Shown in pieces: positions 44,636 to 50,078 of a DNA stretch of 50,078 nt (within the stretch, counting starts at the first letter, position 1; each line of letters starts with the position of its first letter). Made by a program: the position numbers and the translations under genes. The stretch comes from an uncultured Dehalococcoidia bacterium. Lineage in GTDB: Bacteria > Chloroflexota > Dehalococcoidia > UBA2247 > RBG-13-53-26. The notes beneath the pieces were generated by a model that had not been told where the DNA came from, ran no database searches, and saw nothing but the letters and a program-made list of their open reading frames with translations. Location: positions 1 through 50,078 of the forward strand of contig CAZTYW010000007.1 in the NCBI GenBank assembly GCA_964617695.1, written 5' to 3'.

Positions 44636-44815
44636 CTACTTCCCCCGCTTCTCATAGTCCGGGCACCAGGTGGCATTGGGACGTTGAGGGTTGTGGCACG
44701 CACTGCGCCAGTCCCACTTGCAGCTATCGCAGAGGATTGTGTTCATCCCCAGCGCCCTCTTGATGCGAAGCACCATTCTGTCTTTGAAAGCCGGCCTCTT
44801 GGCTGCTCCGGGCAT
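44636..44815 (-). CDS. 59-aa four-Cys small protein, absent from the ORF track
   Basis: MPGAAKRPAFKDRMVLRIKRALGMNTILCDSCKWDWRSACHNPQRPNATWCPDYEKRGK; GGAG upstream, promoter TTGAAT-N17-TACAAT (44931-44959), 10-bp hairpin over the stop (44622-44647). Confidence 0.7.
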   Translation of the reverse strand: MPGAAKRPAFKDRMVLRIKRALGMNTILCDSCKWDWRSACHNPQRPNATWCPDYEKRGK

Positions 44816-45019
44816 GACCTGACGCTTGCTCCAAAACTAACCTGGAAACCGGGTCTCGCTGTTGCGATCGGCCGAAGCGCCGTTCGACTCAAGACCCGAC
44901 TTCTGCAGGTAGAAATCGTCCTATTGAGTTATTGTAGGCTGCCGACCCCCCGAATTCAACATTGCCCGTGTCTTTGACTCGGAACTGCAAATGAGATTAG
45001 AATACCAGTCGGAGGGCAA

Positions 45020-45493
45020 GTGGAACATATCTGGGCACCCTGGAGAATCGAGTTCATACTGGGGGAAAAGCCGGAGGGATGCATCCTCTGCCACAGGCCA
45101 CAGGAGAAGGATGACAAAGCCTGCCTCATCCTCTTCCGCGGCAAGAACAACTTCGTCATCCTGAACAAGTTCCCTTACAACCCGGGCCACCTGATGATAT
45201 CTCCCTACCGCCACGTCCCCGACCTGGAAGGGATGACCGACGACGAGATGCTGGAGCACTTCGACCTGGTCAGGAGGGGCATCAGGGCGCTGCGCCAGGC
45301 ATTTGAACCTGCCGCCTTCAACGTCGGCATCAACATAGGCAGGACGGCCGGGGCAGGCATTGGCGACCATATTCACACCCACATCGTGCCGCGATGGGAA
45401 GGCGACACCAACTTCATGCCCGTGGTAGCCGACACCAGGGTATTGCCTGAGGCGCTGGCCTCGACCTATGAGAAGCTCAAGGGGCTGATATAG
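45020..45493 (+). CDS. HIT-family nucleotide hydrolase (Ap4A phosphorylase-like)
   Basis: WAPWR, CILC, LNKFPYNPGHLM, FNVGINIG..AGAG...HIHTHIVPRW.GDTNFM. Confidence 0.93.
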   Translation: MEHIWAPWRIEFILGEKPEGCILCHRPQEKDDKACLILFRGKNNFVILNKFPYNPGHLMISPYRHVPDLEGMTDDEMLEHFDLVRRGIRALRQAFEPAAFNVGINIGRTAGAGIGDHIHTHIVPRWEGDTNFMPVVADTRVLPEALASTYEKLKGLI

Positions 45494-45645
45494 ACCACCG
45501 CTGAACCCAGTCCCCAAGCATTCAAGGCCCTGTGACCGTCCTCTCTGCACCCGCAACCCGTAGTCGGGGCCGTCCCTGACCTCGTCAGCCAGGCCGGTAC
45601 CGGGACAGCGGGCATAGAACCAGAGCGCGCAGGTCGGCAAATACA

Positions 45646-45674
45646 AGCAGGGCAGGGTCCCACCCTGCCCTGCT
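45646..45674. terminator. Hairpin between convergent HIT and crotonase genes
   Basis: Perfect 13-bp stem AGCAGGGCAGGGT/ACCCTGCCCTGCT. Confidence 0.55.
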
Positions 45675-45731
45675 GGCACTACACCGCCGAATGTCCTCAG
45701 TCAGCCAACAGGCCGCACTGGCCCTCCGCGG

Positions 45732-46607
45732 CTACTGCTTGCGGATATCGTCCTTTTCATGGAAGGCCGCCTTGGCCCCCTTTTCTCTCCTCGCCCTGAA
45801 GTAGTTGAACTCGCCGGGCTCGTGGCGCACGTTGGTGAACATGGTATGGGTGATGTAGGCATAGGTGAAGGAGTCAGTAAGCCCCATGCGGTCGTAGAAC
45901 AGGTGCCTGCAGGCCTTACCTATGGCGATGCCGTCCCTTGGCATGAGGCACAGGTCCCTGGCAAGAGCCTTCACCTCTTCCTCCAGCTTGTCAGCCGGGA
46001 CCGACTTGGTGACCAGGCCGATTCGCTCCGCTTCCTTCCCGTCAATCTGCCTGCCGCTGATGTAGAGGTCGAGCGCCCGCCTCATGCCCACCGTCATCAT
46101 CAGGTGACCAAAGGTGTGCTCGCCACCGCCAGCAAACCCGATCCTCTGCCCGGGGAACCCCATCATGCAATCGTCGGAGCAGACGAAGAAGTCGCACAGC
46201 ATGGCGATCATCAGTCCGGCCTCGAGGGCATAGCCGTGCACCTGGGCTATGGTCAGCTTGGGACACAGGAAGAACCTCTTGTACCCCTCGCTGATCCCCA
46301 TCCGGTCCATCTTCAGCCTTACTCTCTGGCTGGGCCGCCGGTCGTCCTTCTTCTCGCTGAAGCCATAGACGAATCCGACCTTGCTCAGGTCCTGCCCGGC
46401 GGAGAAGCAGCGGCCGGCCCCCTTGAAGATAATCACCTTGACTTCGTCATCTTCTTCCGCCTGGGTAATGGCGTCCAGCACCTCGGCGAAGTCCTCCCCC
46501 ACCGAGATAATGACGTAAGAGTTCATCTTCTCCGGCTTGTTGAAGGTGATGGTGGCAATCTCTCCGTCTTTCTCATACTTGACATACTTGTAGTCTTTCG
46601 GGTCCAT
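45732..46607 (-). CDS. Crotonase-superfamily protein (atypical active site)
   Basis: ITFNKPEKMN, FSAGQDL, PKLTIAQVHGYAL, EAERIGLV; promoter TTGACA-N18-TAGTAT at 46637-46666. Confidence 0.85.
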   Translation of the reverse strand: MDPKDYKYVKYEKDGEIATITFNKPEKMNSYVIISVGEDFAEVLDAITQAEEDDEVKVIIFKGAGRCFSAGQDLSKVGFVYGFSEKKDDRRPSQRVRLKMDRMGISEGYKRFFLCPKLTIAQVHGYALEAGLMIAMLCDFFVCSDDCMMGFPGQRIGFAGGGEHTFGHLMMTVGMRRALDLYISGRQIDGKEAERIGLVTKSVPADKLEEEVKALARDLCLMPRDGIAIGKACRHLFYDRMGLTDSFTYAYITHTMFTNVRHEPGEFNYFRARREKGAKAAFHEKDDIRKQ

Positions 46608-46770
46608 GCCTGCCTCCGTACTCAAAATTCGCCTTAATACTAGCATTCCGTTCGTAGCTGTGTCAATTTGGGCACGATGGGACCCCACCCCCAACCCGGC
46701 CCCCGCTGGTGCCCGCCGAACGCCCTCCCGTCTGCCACTGCACTCCCGCCATCATCGGCCATTGCGCCCT

Positions 46771-46926
46771 CCGTCATTGCGAGGAGCACAGCGACGTGGC
46801 AATCCCAGGGCGGCGGGGCAGCCAGACCGCTCGGCTCTCTCCCCGCGTACCGCCAATACCCGCGTGACCGTGCTCCCATGCCCGTCATTCCGAGGAGCGC
46901 CAGCGACGTGGCAATCCCAGGGCGGC
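46771..46926 (+). repeat. Two copies of a ~44-bp GTCATTGCGAGG...GTGGCAATC element (RPE/REP-like)
   Basis: 46771-46814 CCGTCATTGCGAGGAGCACAGCGACGTGGCAATCCCAGGGCGGC and 46882-46926 CCGTCATTCCGAGGAGCGCCAGCGACGTGGCAATCCCAGGGCGGC. Confidence 0.8.
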
Positions 46927-47056
46927 CGGGTGGCCATCCCCACCACTCACCACTCCGGTACGGGGCAAAACACGGTTGACGTTCTGGCCTGGCAACCCCG
47001 GCAGGCCCGCCGCTATTGATCGTCACCTGCCCTTGCGCTATGATAGACCAGCGAAA

Positions 47057-48328
47057 ATGGCATCCGCCATCGAAGAACTGGAGACCAAGGGACAGGCAGC
47101 CAAAGCGGCCTCAAAGAAGCTGGCCCGCCTCTCCACCGAGGTGAAGAACCGCGCCCTGTTGAAGGTCGCCGAGGGGCTGGTGTCGAGACAGAAGGAGATC
47201 CTGTCTGCCAACGAGGCCGACCGCGCAGAGGCGGAAGCCTCCGGCATGAGTGCGGCCATGCTCGACCGGCTGCTGCTCGACCCGTCGCGCATCGCCGGCA
47301 TCGCCGGGGACGTCCGCACGGTAGCGGCCCTTCCCGACCCGGTAGGTGAAGTCTTCGACATGCGCACCCTGCCCAACGGGCTCCAGGTAGGCCGTAAGAG
47401 GGTGCCCCTGGGGGTCATCGGGACGGTGTACGAGAGCCGCCCCAACGTGACGGTGGACATCTCCGCCCTGTGCCTCAAGTCGGGCAATGCGGTCATCCTG
47501 CGGGGCGGCAAGGAGGCCATCAACTCCAGCCTGGCCCTGGCCAGGGTGGTGCAGGAGGCGGCCTACGCCGAAGGCGTGCCCGGGGGCGCCGTCCAGATCA
47601 TGGAGTCCACCGACCGCGCTGCGGTGGACCACATGTTGAAGATGACAGGCGTCATCGACCTGATCGTGCCGCGCGGCGGCGCCGAGCTGGTGCGCTTTGT
47701 GATGAGCAACTCGGCGGTGCCGGTGGTGGCCGGGGGGATCGGGGTGTGCCATACCTACGTCGACAGCACCGCCGACCTGGACAAGGCGGTGGCCATCGCC
47801 TGCAACGCCAAGGTGCAGCGGCCCACCGTCTGCAACGCCCTGGACACGCTGCTGGTCCACGCCGACGTGGCCGAATCGTATCTGCCGCTTATCGCCCGTG
47901 AGTGGTCAAAGGCGGGGGTGGAGATGCACTGTGACGAGGCGGCCATGCGCATCCTCAAGGACGAGCCTTCACTGAAACTGGTGCCGGCCACGGAGCAGGA
48001 CTGGGGCAAAGAGTTCCTGGCGCTGGTGGCGGCCGTCAGGGTGGTCAACTCCCTGGATGACGCCCTGGAGCACATCGACCGCTACGGCTCGGGGCACTCC
48101 GAGGCTATCTTGACCGAGGACTACTCCAGCGGGCTGCGCTTCCTGAACGAGGTGGACGCCGCCTGCGTTTACGTGAACGCCAGCACCCGCTTTACCGACG
48201 GCGGCCAGTTCGGGCTGGGTGCCGAGGTGGGCATCAGCACCCAGAAGTTCCACGCCCGCGGCCCTCTGGGGCTGAAGGAGCTGACCAGCTACAAGTGGAT
48301 CATCTTCGGCAGCGGCCAGGTGCGCTAG
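47057..48328 (+). CDS. proA: Gamma-glutamyl phosphate reductase
   Basis: VPLGVIG..YESRPNVT, KSGNAVILRGGKEA, VCNALD, HSEAI, NASTRFTDG.QFGLGAEVGISTQKFHARGP. Confidence 0.97.
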   Translation: MASAIEELETKGQAAKAASKKLARLSTEVKNRALLKVAEGLVSRQKEILSANEADRAEAEASGMSAAMLDRLLLDPSRIAGIAGDVRTVAALPDPVGEVFDMRTLPNGLQVGRKRVPLGVIGTVYESRPNVTVDISALCLKSGNAVILRGGKEAINSSLALARVVQEAAYAEGVPGGAVQIMESTDRAAVDHMLKMTGVIDLIVPRGGAELVRFVMSNSAVPVVAGGIGVCHTYVDSTADLDKAVAIACNAKVQRPTVCNALDTLLVHADVAESYLPLIAREWSKAGVEMHCDEAAMRILKDEPSLKLVPATEQDWGKEFLALVAAVRVVNSLDDALEHIDRYGSGHSEAILTEDYSSGLRFLNEVDAACVYVNASTRFTDGGQFGLGAEVGISTQKFHARGPLGLKELTSYKWIIFGSGQVR

Positions 48329-48346
48329 AAGGCCGTGCAGCGCAGA

Positions 48347-48402
48347 AATTATCCGTCAATTAACCCATAATTCACCGTCGATTAACCCCTGCGTGCTATG
48401 AT
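48347..48402 (+). promoter_or_regulatory. Four 11-bp direct repeats abutting an extended -10 (activator-dependent promoter)
   Basis: AATTATCCGTC AATTAACCCAT AATTCACCGTC GATTAACCCCT followed by GCGTGC TATGAT. Confidence 0.65.
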
Positions 48403-48535
48403 CCATGAAAGGCAGAGAGGACTCAGCCCGGTGGTGCGCGCGGGTCGCCGGGAGGTGGCTATTGCCACGTGAGCAGTCTCCTCCCTGCCCGGCCGGCGGT
48501 TCCGGCAACAGCCTCAGGGAAGGGGGTTAGCGGAC

Positions 48536-50020
48536 ATGACTGGGAAGACTCGCAGCAGGAGAAGCCAGCCAAAGCACCCTGAGCAGGGTTCACAGGCCCG
48601 CGGCAGGCGCGGTCCGGAGGTGCGGACAGCGAACACAGTCGATCCGGCCGAGGCGCTGCGGCGCACCGCTGCAGCCCCGCTGTCGGCTGCGGGGCCCGAG
48701 TCCATCCTGGCGCTCCAGCAGGCCGTCGGCAACCGGGCGGTGCAAAGGCTAATTGCCCAGAAGCGAGGTGACGGCCGGCCGTCATGGCGCCCGGCCAACC
48801 CTGGCGTTGCACCGCAGACGACAGCACCACCTGGCATCCAGCGGGAACCGGACAACGGCAAGCCCAAGGGGTCTTCGGCTCAGGGGAGCCTCACACCGGA
48901 GGTCATGAAGGAGCTGAAGGAGAAGATAAACAAGCAGGTCAAGCAGGGCCCTGTGCCCCAGTTACCTTCAGACAGCCAGATAAATGAGACCAAGAAAGAG
49001 GCAGAGGCACAGGGGAAAGAGATAGCGCCGCTGGTGAAGAACAACCCGGCCATGGCGGCCTTCGTGCACGCCAACATGACCAAGGGGGCTCCCTCTGGAG
49101 GTTCACCACCGCCCCCGCCGTCCCCGGCACAGGCTCAGGCCCAGGCGGGGGCCGTAGCGGGCACGGCCCCTAAGACCCAGCAGCCGCAGCAGGGGTCTGC
49201 GGGTGCCGCAGGGGGCAAGAAGAAGAAGTCCTACGTTGGCAAGAAGAAGCGCAGGGCGGGGCACAAGGAGCGCGCCGGGCTGGCCGGGGAGCTTGGCGAC
49301 GTGGGCCAGCAGGCAACCGGGACCGGCCTGGACATTGCCGAGGGAGTGGTCAAGGCGGGGGGCGGGGTGTTAAAGGGAGCCGCAGACGTGGCGGGCAAGG
49401 TCTTCGGGTGGATAGGCGTGGCCTTCGGGTTTATCATGGCGGCTTTCGACATCAGGGCCATAGCCTCATCGGCCGCCAAGGTGAAGGACCTGAAGGACGT
49501 GCTGACAGACGTACGGGCCAAGGCCAAGCCGGGTAACGCCCAGGAGCAGGAGCTCCTGGGAGCCGTTGAGTACGCCATCGAGCAGAAGTACAAGAAGATC
49601 GCCCGCAGGGCGGTGTCCCTTGGGGCCACATTGACGTCCACCGGAGTCGGCGTTGCTGCTCTGGCTGCCGGCGTGGCCATCCTGGCGCTGGCTTCCAACC
49701 CGGTTGGCTGGCTGGTAGCGGCCGGCATCCTGGGGCTTGCCACGCTTGTCGGGCTGGGAATGCTGTTCTACAAGATCGGTCGCGCCATCTTCAAGTGGGC
49801 GAAGGGCAGGAAGGGCAAGGTCAGGGGGGAGATGGCCGAGAAGCTATACGACAATGCTGCCCATGGGGAGATGAAGGGTCTGGCGCAGCGGGCCATAAAG
49901 AGCCTGGGCCTCAACTGGGCCAAGATGAAAAAGTCGTACGAAGGCGCGCCGAAGCCGGCCAGGCCGAAGGTCAGGAAGAGCGCCATCGGCCTCATCAAGG
50001 GCAAGCTGGCCAGCTCGTAG
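48536..50020 (+). CDS. Hypothetical protein with an eCIS/DUF4157-associated leader motif and C-terminal hydrophobic hairpin (putative toxin cargo)
   Basis: ILALQQAVGNRAVQRL and IQR motifs, Pro/Gln/Ala linker, hydrophobic helices around ASNPVGW, Lys-rich tail. Confidence 0.6.
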   Translation: MTGKTRSRRSQPKHPEQGSQARGRRGPEVRTANTVDPAEALRRTAAAPLSAAGPESILALQQAVGNRAVQRLIAQKRGDGRPSWRPANPGVAPQTTAPPGIQREPDNGKPKGSSAQGSLTPEVMKELKEKINKQVKQGPVPQLPSDSQINETKKEAEAQGKEIAPLVKNNPAMAAFVHANMTKGAPSGGSPPPPPSPAQAQAQAGAVAGTAPKTQQPQQGSAGAAGGKKKKSYVGKKKRRAGHKERAGLAGELGDVGQQATGTGLDIAEGVVKAGGGVLKGAADVAGKVFGWIGVAFGFIMAAFDIRAIASSAAKVKDLKDVLTDVRAKAKPGNAQEQELLGAVEYAIEQKYKKIARRAVSLGATLTSTGVGVAALAAGVAILALASNPVGWLVAAGILGLATLVGLGMLFYKIGRAIFKWAKGRKGKVRGEMAEKLYDNAAHGEMKGLAQRAIKSLGLNWAKMKKSYEGAPKPARPKVRKSAIGLIKGKLASS

Positions 50021-50035
50021 CCGGCAATGAAAACG

Positions 50036-50076
50036 AAGGCCGTGACGTCAGGTTGATGCCACGGCCTTTTCCTTTT
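50036..50076 (+). terminator. Rho-independent terminator
   Basis: AAGGCCGTG...CACGGCCTT stem followed by TT CC TTTT, 15 nt after the stop. Confidence 0.8.
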
Positions 50077-50078
50077 GC

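Noticed and set aside
46771-46926. CRISPR array
   Set aside because: Only two imperfect ~44-bp copies with a ~67-bp spacer and no cas genes
46606-47026. ORFs 46606-47019, 46640-47026, 46668-46979 and 46752-46946
   Set aside because: Translations of the repeat element and promoter DNA between two divergent genes

Overview
Chromosomal segment of an anaerobic bacterium, most likely Dehalococcoidia (Chloroflexota). This is inferred from the purA-pgsA-GT4-ino1-PHP-truB-rbfA-infB-ylxR-nusA neighbourhood and the hybrid CODH/ACS cluster. The dominant feature is a ~17.6 kb minus-strand Wood-Ljungdahl carbonyl-branch operon (3398-21017): acsE-acsD-cdhA-[4-repeat helical ORF]-hydC-hydB-[truncated hydA/nuoG-like Fe-S subunit]-cdhB-cdhC-acsC-cooC-DUF3786-hydC'-hydB'-acdA-acdA'. 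It combines archaeal-type CODH/ACS subunits with bacterial methyl-transfer subunits. A HydABC-like flavin/NADH module lacking any hydrogenase or formate dehydrogenase active site sits between cdhA and cdhB, making this a candidate electron-bifurcating CODH/ACS. The rest is mostly housekeeping (split transketolase, queH, ruvB, purA, inositol-lipid genes, truB/rbfA/infB/ylxR/nusA, uvrC, proA) and acyl-CoA metabolism. Other oddities: a catalytically dead XerD-like protein, several structured 5' leaders or ncRNA candidates, two small Cys-rich genes missed by the ORF track, and a stand-alone eCIS-cargo-like putative pore-forming protein behind four 11-bp direct repeats. No rRNA, tRNA, CRISPR array or transposase was recognised. 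All calls come from motif recognition by eye; no searches were run.
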